From the NCBI RefSeq assembly GCF_009914755.1, contig NC_060925.1: DNA of 64,000 nucleotides. The stretch is one strand, 5' to 3'. A model generated the notes under the pieces. It saw nothing but the letters and a program-made list of their open reading frames with translations. It did no database searches and had not been told where the DNA came from. This DNA is from the human T2T-CHM13v2.0 reference genome, Homo sapiens. The position numbers and the translations under genes were made by a program. Below are positions 42,201 through 54,444 of the stretch, piece after piece. Position 1 is the first letter of the stretch. Every line of letters starts with the position of its first letter.

Positions 42201-44508
42201 ACCCGCAGATACACACACACACACACAATACCCATTACTAGGCTTGCAACCCCCATGGTTGCACGAAGCGTGAGCTTGTGTGCTGAGAGGTGCAGGGAAA
42301 GCTGACCGTAGGCTTGATAAGTTCACAGTGGACTCATGGCCACTCTGTTGTGGACTGTCACACTATGGAGAGTTGGTGGAAGAAGTTGGCTTCCATGAGA
42401 GGGGGCAAGTGTGAAGCCCTTTATGGTCTGTTTCCTTGCATTCCTCAGCCATTTATTGCTGCACCCACTCCAGCGGGCATGAGCAACAGAATCCTCTTTA
42501 GTCCTAGTGGCAGGTCACCCAGTGACTGGCATTCAGGAGCTAAACTGATTGATGGTAAACTTGATGATGTCGCCCTTCTCTGCAGTTTTTGGACAGGGAT
42601 AGCAAACATGTCAGAGGATGACTCTCAGGTGATTATGAGCTTCCCTGTCGAGGTTGGGCTCTGCAAGCTTTGGCAATTGACATGAGTTGAACCTAGTTGT
42701 CATTCCTGCCGGTGAGGGAGAGACCCGCAGGGGAGTCGGATCTGACACGGGACCCCACGCTGCAGAGTGATGATCGCATAGGCACGCCTTCCTGCAAGGT
42801 CACAGGTGGAACAGGTGGAGAGAACACACCGTTCTCTCTGCTGTGAAATTCCCTTTGCACTGGGAGATTTCCCGGCAGAGGTCCTACATTTCGGCAGTGA
42901 GAAATGTCAGGGGCTCCTGCCATGCGCAGCCAAGGCATTGGATCTTCATATTGGATCCAGGAAGACAACTTTGTGAAAGGAAAAGGCTGAGGGGCTTAAA
43001 TGCTGCTGTCGTCCCAGCTTCTAGGGAGGCTGGGGTTACAGCCTCCGCCATGTTGCAGATTCTCCAATAAGCATCCCGGTGATCTGTGTGCCTTGCAGGG
43101 GCGTGGAGCCTGGTGTATTTACATACCACGGACTAGGTTTAAAAATCAACTTTAGATTTGCTTTGCCGTTTGCAGTCTCTTGAATAAAGCATTTTTGTAG
43201 CCTCCTCAAAATCCTCTCTCTGTGTTTACATTTTAATGGGCATTCCAGTGAAATGGAGGAATTTTTTTTTATTACTTACATTTATCAAGGAAAGAGGTGG
43301 GGTTGGAAACTGCCAAGCAGCAGGGCCGCCTCTCTTTAGACTCCTGGGGCTCTCTGCTCTCCAGCCTGATGTGGGCAAATTGTGTCACGTAGCCAGGCAA
43401 GTGGGAAGGAGAGGAAAGGCCATTTTAATCTGGCTTTTAAATATACATCCCTGAGAATTTACAGAATTTTAAAATAGTACTTTAGATCTCAAACATCGCT
43501 GAAAGAAATGAACACGTGTAAGAAGAATATTAAATTGCACTGGTCTACGTGGAAAGTAAAGTCTGTCACATGTAATGAGGTATCATTCCAGAATTGTCCT
43601 TTTGGAAAAGAAAGGGGGAAAAAAATCACTCTCCCTGCCAGGGCAGAGGAGCCCTTGACTAGTTCTTCATCACAAATACTCTTGGAAGGAGGGTCCTAAG
43701 GTGACCTCTCCATTCCTTGGCAACATTTTCGGGACAGTTTTGGTTTCTGTGGCTGCGTAAGGGGAAACCCCTCTTGGATCTTGGGCACAGAAGCCACCTC
43801 CTGGAGGCAGTCAGTTCTTTTGGATGCGGAAACGGAATTTCTGCTTACCCTAGCATGTAGCTAATATTAAGATCTTCTTGTGCAAAGGGCTCCCCTATCA
43901 CAGTTGAACATACAGTGTCATAAAACTGGGCCAAGGCAGCTTCCGGGGCTTTGCATGTGTGGAACTGCCAGTGTTTTCATCTCCCCCGGGGGATGTCTCT
44001 CTTGTTCCTCCCCTGACATTCCCAGGAGATCCCTAATTAAAGCTACAGATATGGTTTAAAAATATACTCACCAGATGTTAGTTTAAAATGACCTATAACT
44101 GGCAGCAGAGATGGAAGAGGCTGACGGTGTCTGAGGCCTTCCGGTCGCCTTTTCCTAGGCTGTCATTCGGTATGCAAATGAAGCCCAGCAGAATCTGAGA
44201 GCCAGCTCTGCCAAGCCATAAAACCAACTGTTTTGAAAGCAATGCATCAGTAATTCTTATCACCTGGCATCTGGAGTGCGGGAAAGCTCCCTTCCTAACT
44301 AGAACATGTCATAGCATGACTTAGGAGGAAGCTCTCATTTTGCACTCCGCGGACAATTTAAACTGATGAATCTGCTTGCTGAAGCTCATACAGATCCCTT
44401 TAGGACAAACCATTTTTTAAACCAAATCCAGGCTCTGAGACACCCCTGCTATGACTTTACTGGACCTATATACTACGGAGAAGAGGGCTTGTTTGGCAGC
44501 ACAGCTTT

Positions 44509-44509
44509 T

Positions 44510-44540
<31 letters not shown>

Positions 44541-44556
44541 GGTGGGGGTGGGGGGT
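44509..44556. repeat. (TG)n followed by G19-T-G5-T-G6 tract
   Basis: directly visible. Confidence 0.95.
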
Positions 44557-46865
44557 GTCAGACCCCGAGGCTACCCTTCTGGGGTTTTGTTTAGATTCTT
44601 CTGTGCAAGTTCCCACCAAGTTTTCAGTGAGTTAGACTTTCAGGGTAATCCCGGTTTGCCTTGCAAAGCTGAGGAAATGAGGAATGTCATGGGTATCAAT
44701 ATCTTTCCTGAGAACTGAAATTTACCAGTAGCACATTCCTATCGGGCATTTATCAAAACAAACATATAGGTCAAATGACCGTTTACTCAGCAGCCACCTG
44801 TCAGTGCCTTGGGACGTCAGCAGTCCCGGGGATGCCCGTCAAAGCAGCTGAGTGATCTCGGCCCTGAACATTGCCAACTTCCCGCCTGATGCCCTGGAGC
44901 TGAGGCTCCAGCTTGAGGCTTCCCAGTGCTTTGGATAAAAAGATGGGTCTGCACCTGAGAGCCATATACATCTCGCTCTGGGGAGAAAACCCAGGCAGGG
45001 CTTTCACACAGAGGAAGAGTGAGGCCAGGATTTATACTCAGAGAGGATGGGCAAATAGCATTCACGCGTGTGTCCTCCAGGGTGGAATCTGCCAGGCTGA
45101 CTTACAGTGCAGGAATTTTGCCAGTCAGTGGAGGTAGATGTGTTTATAGATAACGTTAAAAAAAAAAAAAAAGGCAAAAACCAAGACCTCTGCAACCTTG
45201 GTATTTGAAACACAGAACACGGGTTTGTGTACTAAGTAAAATGTGGTTAAATAAGATTAATCTATTGATGGTGGGGAAGAGAGCCTGTAAGGCAGATTGG
45301 GTGTCTCAGAGGCATAATTATTTATCAAACTAATTAAAATGTAACCACCGGCTCATCGACTCTGGAAACCGGCTTTCCTGCCCAAGAAGCAGCCCTCTCC
45401 TGAGCACCTGTGATTTTATTTTTCATTCATTATCCCACTGAAACACAAAACAAAGACCCAAATTGGCCACCTGGAGTGGCCGCTCTCACCCTCTGCCTGG
45501 CCATGGCCTGCCTGGACTGGGTGTTGGGGAGGGATGCATGGGGACAGTGTTGTTCACAGTGTGGGTGAGTGAGTGAGCCCACCTGGTCCCCCATGAAGCC
45601 CTGAGATGCCAGGAGCTCTACTGGCTGTGGCCTGGGGCTGTGTGATGGAGAGCACGTGTGTTCATCAGCGCCCAGAGGCCTGGGCTATTCAGTTGGGCCA
45701 TCTCTGCAGCCCAGAGCTGCCTGGTAGGGCTTTGCCATGGATTCCTGGCTTGGAGGAGTCATGATTAGCATGAACTTGCAAACCCAGACCAGGCGAATTG
45801 ACTTGGGGGTGATGAGATGCACCAGCTGGTGGAAGCAGCTTCTCTCTGGCCATCCTTCCAGAACGGAGCAAGTTTCCTGGCCCATAGTCCCTGCTTCCAT
45901 GACCACCCTGGCCTCTCAGGAGCATGTACGTGTGATTGCAGGGGTGGGCAGGGAGAGGACACTTAGCAGAGGGAAGAGGCACAGGGCTTGTTACATAAAT
46001 GACTTGGGACTGTTGAGCAGGTGCAGAGAGGTCTGTTGAGAAATGAAAGGCAGAGAGCCTAGCCCAGCAAGGCCAGGGCGAGGAACCTGGCAGGAGGCCT
46101 TGACTCCTTGATCGCATTTCTCTGTTTCACGTCCCGAGGTGGGCAGGGGGCTGGGAACCTCCCCTGCAGAGCTAACCACTGGGCCTCCTTCACAGAGCTC
46201 TCTCGGGGCCAGCAACAGGGAGAAGGCCATGGCCCTTCTATCTTCCTCACTCCTGTCCTTTGGAGTCCCCACATGTGTGCCAAGGAACTCAAGGCCAGCG
46301 GCCCCCTCCCTATCTTCCTCTGGATCATAGCTCCTAGGTCCCATCCAGGAAGAAAGAAAATGAGGTGGCAGGTCCAGAAGCCTTTTTGCTTTTCTGTTGA
46401 TTTATGTCCCTGAGGCCTCTGAGCAATAACTAATACATGACTTGAATACGATCCCTAGTGATCTGACCTCTCTGGGGGAGTTGCTTAGGCAGATTACGGC
46501 AGATGATTGAGCAGAATGTTGGTGAGTCCGTAGTGGCCTGGTGGTTCTAGGAGGCCTGGCTTAGAGCCAGTCCATCAATACCTATCACCTTGTGAGGGGG
46601 ACGGGGACTAAGGACCTGTGTCCACCCGACTGCCACATCGTCCTCTTCCTTTGAGGGGAGGTAAGCACCCCTTGCGAGGTTAGGAGAGGGCGTGTCTGAT
46701 AGGCATTGCAGTGGTTCATTTCATCTGTCAATTTGACCCGGCCGTGGTACCCAGATGTCGGTCAAACACCAGTCCCGATGTCTCTGTGAAGGTATTTTGT
46801 AAATGTGATGAACATTTAAATCAGCAGACTTTGAGGGAAGTGGTTGACCCTCCGTAATGTGCATG

Positions 46866-47115
46866 GTGGGCCTCATCCAATCACAGTGTGGGCCGTGGGC
46901 CTCATCCAATCACAGTGTGGGCCGTGGGCCTCATCCAATCACAGTGTGGGCAGTGGGCCTCATCCAATCACAGTGTGGGCAGTGGGCCTCATCCAATCAC
47001 AATGTGGGCGGTGGGCCTCATCCAATCACAATGTGGGCGGTGGGCCTCATCCAATCACAATGTGGGCGGTGGGCCTCATCCAGTCACAATGTGGGTGATG
47101 GGCCTCATCCAATCA
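46866..47115 (+). repeat. 29-bp minisatellite, ~8.6 copies (GTGGGCCTCATCCAATCACARTGTGGGCV)
   Basis: units start at 46866, 46895, 46924, 46953, 46982, 47011, 47040, 47069 and 47098 (partial). Confidence 0.97.
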
Positions 47116-47345
47116 GGGAAAGGCCTTGAGAGCAGACCGAGGTTTCCCTAAGAAAAAGGAGTTCTGCCTCCAGGCTGCAACCTAGAAGCGCTGCCTGAGT
47201 TTCCAGCCTGTTGCCTAGTGGAATTTGGACTCAAGATTACAGCATCAACTCTTACCCGAATTTCCAGCCCGCTTGTCCGCCCAACAAATTTGGGATTTGT
47301 CAGTCCCCACAATAGATCGTGTGAGCCAATTCCTTAGAAATAAAC

Positions 47346-47462
47346 ATGTATATATATATGTATTATATGTGTATATATACTATATATAGCTACATAACAT
47401 ATATACATATATACATATATGTACATATATATTATATACACACAATAGGACTACATATATAT
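47346..47462. repeat. Degenerate (TA)n tract inside MLT2
   Basis: directly visible; MLT2 LTRs commonly carry this expansion. Confidence 0.9.
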
Positions 47463-47879
47463 TGTCCTATTGGTTCTTTTTTGCTGGGGAACCCTGACTC
47501 TTACAGAGATGGAGGTGCCACTTCCTCCTCCAGATTTTGGGGCTTCTGCTCTTGACACCTCAGTCTCCCTCCTGCTTTGGTACTCACCCAGCACCCAGTC
47601 CCGTTAGGTCCCAGAAAGAAGGATGCAGAAGAAGAGAGTGCACCCCCTTCCACAGAAACAAGTGTACACCAATGACAATGCCACCTATAGAGTCATGCCA
47701 GGTAACAAGGGATGAAGGCTACTCATGTAGGGCCGGGACACGGCTGGCACAAAGGGATTGGCCTAGTTCTGGAGGGTTTGGAGCCGTCTGCCTTTGAGTA
47801 CAGACTGTGCACCAGGAGCATCGCTGAGCTTTTCCATAAAGCCCACCATGTACGCAGGAATGGACTCCTTGTGTCAATG

Positions 47880-48100
47880 CATCATCAATTCATGTATTCA
47901 AATATTGATTGAGCACCTGCCATGTCCCTGATGCTCTTCCAAGTGTTGGAGATAGTGAACAAGACAAAGCCCTGCCCTCATGGAGTGCACATGGGAAAGG
48001 CATTCAGTCAAGAACTGAAACATCAGCGATTTTCAAGTTGGTGTGTGTGCCACGAGAAAGAAAAAAAGTAGGATAAGGTGATGAAACTACAGTGGGGAAG
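47880..48100 (-). mobile_element. L2 3' end
   Basis: attcaaatattgattgagcacctgccatgt...gtgaacaagacaaagccctgccctcatggag. Confidence 0.8.
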
Positions 48101-48185
48101 GTGCCTGTGCAGCGTAGATGGACTTAACGCCACCAAAACATGCACTTAACGGTGGTTAAAATGGTGAATTTTATGTGATGTCTAT

Positions 48186-48548
48186 TGGACTAGTCCGTTC
48201 TCACACTGCTATAAAGAAATACCTGAAACTGGGTAATCTATAACGAAAAGAGGTTTAATTGGCTCACAGTTCCGCAGGCTGTACAGGAAGCATGGCTGGA
48301 GAGGCCTCAGGAAACTTTTAATTATGGTGGAAGAGGAAGCAGGTATGTCTTACATGCCTGGAGCAGGAGGATGAGAGAGAACAGGGAGGCGCTACACACT
48401 TTTAAACAACTGGATGTGGTGAGAACTCACTCCTATGACGAGACCAGCGAGGGGGAACTCCGCCCCCTCCCACCAGGCCCCTCTTCCAACATTGGGGATT
48501 ACAATTTGACATGAGATTTGTTCAGGGACACAGACCCAAACCATACTG
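48186..48548 (-). mobile_element. MSTA-like solo LTR inserted in a short L1MB 3' tip (~48105-48560, +)
   Basis: ctagtccgttctcacactgctataaagaaatacctga...gggacacagacccaaaccata; TSD tctat/tgtat. Confidence 0.88.
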
Positions 48549-48569
48549 TGTATTTCAAAAAGTAAGTTT

Positions 48570-48700
48570 ACAATGTTCTGAAATGTATCATGGTGGTGAT
48601 TGTGCAACTCCGTGAATATACTAAAGCCACTCCATTGTATGCTCCAAATGGAAGAATTGTACGGAATGTGAACTCCATCTCAATAAAGCTGTTTAAAGAA
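48570..48700 (+). mobile_element. L1MB/ME 3' tip
   Basis: ggtggtgattgtgcaactccgtgaatatactaaa...atctcaataaagctg. Confidence 0.75.
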
Positions 48701-48946
48701 CAAAAGACAAAGCTAGGTGAGTGTGGAGTATTTCAGATACAGCAGTCAGGGAAGCCCTCTCCAAGGAGGGACATTTGGTCAGAATTATTGTCATCATTTT
48801 TCAGATGAGTGTCAGAGAGGATGAGTGACTTGCCCAGAGTGGCAGGTCTAAGACGCACACCCAGGCATGTCTCCTTCTAAGCCCTTCCTGCCCTGCTTGG
48901 CCATTCTGAGTTTTTTTCCTCTCTTCTCAAAGCACGTTCATGCTGA

Positions 48947-49337
<391 letters not shown>

Positions 49338-49412
49338 TAGTGGGAAACAGACATTCAGAACCTGACCCAGGGTCCCATAGCCAATGATAGGGCCCCAGAC
49401 AACACTCTATCC

Positions 49413-49636
49413 CAGGAATCAGCAAATTTTTTTCTGTAAAGAACCAGCCAGTAAATATCTTGGGCTTTGCCAGCCATATGGTCTGTGTTGCATCAACTCA
49501 ACTTTGCTGTTATGGAACAAAAGCAGCCATAGACGATATGTAAACAAATGGATGTGGCTGTGTGCCCATAAAACTTTATTTGCAAATACAGGCAGCAGGC
49601 TGAATTTGGCCCACAGTTATAGTGTGCCAATTGTTG
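49413..49636 (+). mobile_element. MER58A
   Basis: caggaatcagcaaattttttctgtaaag...gcagccatagacgatatgtaaac...taaaactttatttgcaaatacaggcagc. Confidence 0.88.
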
Positions 49637-49919
49637 TTGTAGCTTGTCATTTTCTCTTCTCTGGAAAAATGCCCTGGAGAAGGTAAGACTGGAGGGAGGC
49701 TTAATTCTTCCTGCCCCCACTAGCCTACCCCCGACTTATGCTTGTGTCCAGGAAAAGGCATGTGAAGTGCTTCATGCAGCCAGATTCCCCAGAGGAGCAA
49801 TACGAAGCAGGACCCCTGTCAGATGCAGACATGTCTCTATGGAGAGACCAAGACTAGGGGAGGGCCCAGGAAGTAGCCCTTTCCCAAATGGTTGCTTTCT
49901 CCTATGAGCAGCTAATGTG

Positions 49920-50165
49920 CTGCCTGCCTGCCTGCCTGCCTCCCTCCCTCCCTCCCTCCCTTCCTTCCTTCCATCCTTCCATCCTTCCTGGCTTCCATCC
50001 GTCACCTATCCATTTATGCATTAATTTATCTCTCTGAAGATAGATGAATCCATCTATTCATGCATTCTTTGCTTCTTCCATCCATCTAGCCATGTATCCT
50101 TCCACCTGTGCATCCATCCATCCATCCATCCATCCATCCATCCATCCATCCATCCATCCATCCAT
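49920..50165. repeat. (CCTG)/(CCCT)/(CCTT) and (CATC)n microsatellites at an L2 tail (L2 ~50160-50400, -)
   Basis: directly visible; pure (CATC)n at ~50111-50164. Confidence 0.9.
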
Positions 50166-51431
50166 ACACTGTCTCATTCAAAAACATGACTTCAGAGCCT
50201 ACTCTGCACCAAACAATGAATTAGACCACAAGAATTCAGTGGAGGACAGGACACAGTTTCTGTTCTCAAGGAGTTCACACCATGAACAAACCCATACGTA
50301 GTCCACAAACCAAAGGAGTGAACGCCATGATAAAAATATGGTATTCATAAGCCTAGGCTGTATATTTATGGAAGGAAGTAGCCTGGGCTGGCCAGGGTGC
50401 TTTTCATGATACAAGACCTTCCTTCTTAGGCCATGCCAAGACACAGCCTTGATGGCACTCCATCACACTGCCTCAAGACACCAGCTCTCTGACCACAAAG
50501 GGTCTCCGAGGTGGAACATTTCCTAAAGGGCTGTGGGCAGCCTGCACCCTGAGCTCTGGCTCATGTTTGCTGGGCGTGGAGCTGCCTTTCAGCTGTGCAA
50601 GGCCTCCAGCTTCCCCATGGCTGGAATAGGAAAGAGCTCCTTCCCAGGCATGTGGGGACCATGCTGAGGAGTGTCTGGTGGTTGGCAGGTGGGGGCTGCC
50701 ATGAGGAAGAGAAGTGGAGCCACTGTTCTCTTCCCACCCACAGAAGCAGGTGACCAGCCTGTGCAGCCTGAGAAGAATGAGACACCCGCCAGGAGGTGGG
50801 GCACAGCTGTCATCCTGTCCAGTGAAACGAAAATATTTCCATTCTGTTTGATATCTAAGAGCAAACAAAGTAGGTGCGAGATTGTCTCTGGTAAGGAAGA
50901 ATATGCCAAGCTCTCTTGTTGGGGCTCTGAATTGAGCTGTCACCCAGCCTGGAGCTGGCTCCCCTGCAAATGACGACGAAAGCAGCCCCAGCTGGCATTT
51001 GCCCAGCCATGGGGTGGTGGTGACCCCAGCCAGCCCGGGCTTCCCATGGCTGCCACCAGCCTAATGCCTGCATGATTGTTCTGCCGTAAACATCATCTGT
51101 GTGTGCGTTATCTTCAGACAGTCTGGGCTCAGCATCTTGGCCAGGGTCCAGTGCTTTCTCTCTCCACAGAACTCAAAATCGTGACTGTCTTAGTCTCCAT
51201 AGGATAAATGAGAATTAAGTTTCAGAAGGGGCTCCAGGAGCTGGCCTCCTGGGGAGGAGGGCAGGCCAGGCTGCTCTTCTTCCTCGCCTCCTCCCCCACC
51301 AGGGCCCATCATGCTGGAGGGCAGATAACAGTGAGGAGAATCCTTCTGAGTGTAAGCACACCATGGAGTGGGGCCTGCTCTGGCCTAGGAGCTGTTTGTG
51401 TGCAATACCTCAGGGAGTCTTCATACTGACC

Positions 51432-51490
51432 GTAGAAGGTAGGTGCCATTATCACTGTATTTTACAAATGCAGAAACTGAGGCACACAGC
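51432..51490 (-). mobile_element. MIR core fragment
   Basis: attttacaaatgcagaaactgaggcac. Confidence 0.7.
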
Positions 51491-53434
51491 AGTTTCCTCA
51501 TTGAAAATAAATGGGCATGGTCTCTTTTAAGTCTGCCTCTTGAGGGCAATATCTGGGAGCGGTCCCAGGTCTCAGATGGCCTAGGGTGGAGGGCAGGGTG
51601 CTGCACCCACATGACCTCAGAAGAGCTCCAGGCTCCACGACCTGTCCAGAGGCAGCAAGGTGGATGCAGAGCCCGGGGGTCCCCTGGGCTTCCTGGATTG
51701 AGAGGCAGTCCCCCTCCACCCTTTTAGCACTGACTCAGCTGGCGATTCCTCTCATGGTTCCAGGATTGCCCTGATGAGCCATCATGGGGGCACAGCAGCA
51801 GGATTCCAGTCCTCTCCCTGCTAAATGGTTTCCTGCGTGGGAATTGAGGCTCAGGTTGTGCCTGGAGGAGTGAGACTGGGACTGAAGCAGGGCTAGAGGA
51901 CCCAGGGGTCTGGGATGGGAAGAAACCACCCCCATCATCATGGCAGGGTGCCCATGGTGGCCCTTGAAGAGTGGTCCCCACATCTTAAAATCCTACAACA
52001 CTTAGAATCCTAGAACATAGGGCTGGAGCCATGTTAGAGAGCAAGTAATTTGACCCTAATATTGGAAATAAGGGGAGAATAGGGAAGAAGGAAATAGAAC
52101 AGAAGACCTTGTCTAAGAGACCCAGCAGGTCATTGGAGAGCTGTGACCAGAAACTCAGGTAGCTGAAGATGGAGCCATCTTGAGGCCGAGGGCCTGAGCA
52201 CTCCCAGGTCTGGCTGGCCAGTGGGCAAACTATTCACCTCCCCAACTGTTTTCTGCAACTTCATGCCTGGCCTTCAAGAGGCATTTTCCACTTTCCCTGG
52301 GACCATCAATCAGACACGGAACTCCTTGCTCCTATTAAGGCCTGAGACAAGTGCCCTCTGCAATCAGTGGGCACCAGTCCTACAGAGCATCACACAGCGC
52401 CAGCCCTCTCTCCTTTTCTCTGACCCTACGCATGGCTAAAATATTGTCCTGTGGATAGGAAATGAAAAGGGTACAACCTTACTTCTTCAAAGATCGCCCA
52501 GTCTAGCCCAGAGGTATAATAAAACCCCAAACTTTCCTTTCAGGACTCATCTTTCATGAGTAATATCTTTCCGTGTTAAGTGGTAGGCACACAATGGTGA
52601 AATAAAACACAGGGCTCAGCGACTCCGATGGCTTGGGGTGTGGGAGGGGAAGGTTGCCTTTATGGTGTGAGTTTCCTGTGCCTCAGCTCTCCTGGATTGT
52701 GGGGCTCATGGCACACGGGTGATTGATGACAACATCACTCTCCATCATTCAATTCGGGAGATCCCTACCAGGGGCATCTTGGCCACCTCCGAGGCCATAT
52801 TGGGCTGGAACCTCCATTATCTGTGTAGTCAGGTGTTTGCATTTAAAACAAAGGAGGAATTAGAGTAATTAGATGAATTATAATCTTCAGTTCATGACAC
52901 ACTGTTGTTGTTGTTTACTTTAGAGTGTTTGTTTAAACATTCTAACAAGGAATGCCCATGACCTGCTGGTCAATCCAAGAACTAGGACATTACCAATTAA
53001 CTGTGTCTGCCACGGGCTCTTCTCCGTCCCTCCCCGACCTTCCCACCTCCCAAAGGTCATCACAACCCTGAATTTGTGCTTACATCTCCCTCCTATTATT
53101 TCAGTCTTATGACTTATAAGTGCATCCTTAAATACTACCTTGTTTACTTTTTGCCTGTTTTTGAACTGTATAAAAAATGTTTTGTCCCTTCTGTGGTCTT
53201 CTGGGGTTGGCTTTTGAAATTTAACATTGTGTCTCTAAATCTCATTTATGTGGTTGATGTGTAGCTAGAGTTCATCAATTTTCGCAGCTGTGTAATATTC
53301 CCCCGTGGGTCTCTACCACCATTCACCGAACTCTTCTGCCTTTGGGCATTCAGTGGTTTCTAGTTTTGTGTTAGAAACAGCATTGCCCAGAATAGTCATC
53401 TTTGTGTCTGTCTCCTAGGAGACAGTGCTTGCTG

Positions 53435-53865
53435 GGTGGTCCAGTTATCTACTGCTGTGAAACAAACCATCCCACACAACCACATCATGGGTGTTGCTGT
53501 CGGGCTCAGAGGGGTAACTCTGATTTGTTCCACCACACTCGGGACCTGAGATGAGATGATTGAGGGCTGGACCCTTGGAGCCGGCCTGAAGGGGCCTGGG
53601 CCTCTTTCTCCCTGTGGAGGCTAAGACCTTTGCATGTGGTCTTTTCACCTGGTCTTCCCTGGCATAGCAGCTCAGGGCTCCCAGAGTGAGCTTTCCAGAC
53701 ACCCAGTGGAAGTTACAGGCTTCTTAGAGCCAACCCAGAAGCTCAGAATGTCAGTCCTACCACATTCTATTGATGAAGCAAGTGACCAAGGCTGGCTGGA
53801 TTAGAAGGCAGGGGAACTGGATTTCACCTCTCAGTAAGAGGCATAGCAAATGTAGTTGTCTTTAC
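53435..53865 (-). mobile_element. MLT1H-like LTR
   Basis: cagttatctactgctgtgaaacaaacca...ccacattctattg...ggatttcacctctcag. Confidence 0.7.
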
Positions 53866-54146
53866 TGGATTCCATGAGACTCATGAATATTCATTTTTAC
53901 AAGTTAACTCAAGTTGTTTTCCAAAGTGATGGCCAATTTATGGACCCATCAGCCATGCATAAGTGATTTCCAGGGTCTCCACCCTCTGCGCATGAGGTCA
54001 GACTTCTTAATTGTTGCCAGTTGAGTGAGGATGAAAGGGTGTCTGACCCTGGCCCTCACCAGCATTTCCCTGTTCACGGGTGAGCAGGGCCCCTCTTCCT
54101 GCAATTATTGGCCATGTGTTTCTCCTCTTTCCTGCTCAAGTCTTTT

Positions 54147-54444
54147 TTTTTTTTTTCTTTGAGGCAGAGTCTCACTCTGTTGCCCAGGCTGGAGTGCAGT
54201 GGCGTGATCTTGGCTCACTGCAAGCTCTGCCTCCTGGGTTCATCCCATTCTTCTACTCAGCCTCCCCAGTAGCTGGGACCACAGGCGCCTGCCACCATGC
54301 CCGCCTAATTTTTTTGTATTTTTTTTAGTAGAGACGGGGTTTCACCGTGTTAGCCAGGATGGTCTCCATCTCCTGACCTCGTGATCCTCCTGCCTCGGCC
54401 TCCCAAAGTGCTGGGATTACAGGTGTGAGCCACCGCGCCCAGCC
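54147..54444 (-). mobile_element. AluY
   Basis: gcaagctc, gtgttagccaggatggtctc; 17-bp TSD tcctgctcaagtctttt at 54130-54146 and 54445-54461. Confidence 0.95.

Larger units (their letters stand above)
46707..47505 (+). mobile_element. MLT2B-like (ERVL) solo LTR containing a VNTR and (TA)n
   Basis: tgcagtggttcatttcatctgtcaatttgac...ctgtgaaggtattttg...gtgagccaattcctt...tcctattggttct...gaaccctgactcttaca. Confidence 0.88.

Noticed and set aside
46844-47151. 29-bp repeat array as CRISPR, or its three repetitive ORFs as proteins
   Set aside because: Units are contiguous with no unique spacers, there are no cas genes, and the array lies in a mammalian LTR; the ORFs are translation artefacts of the VNTR
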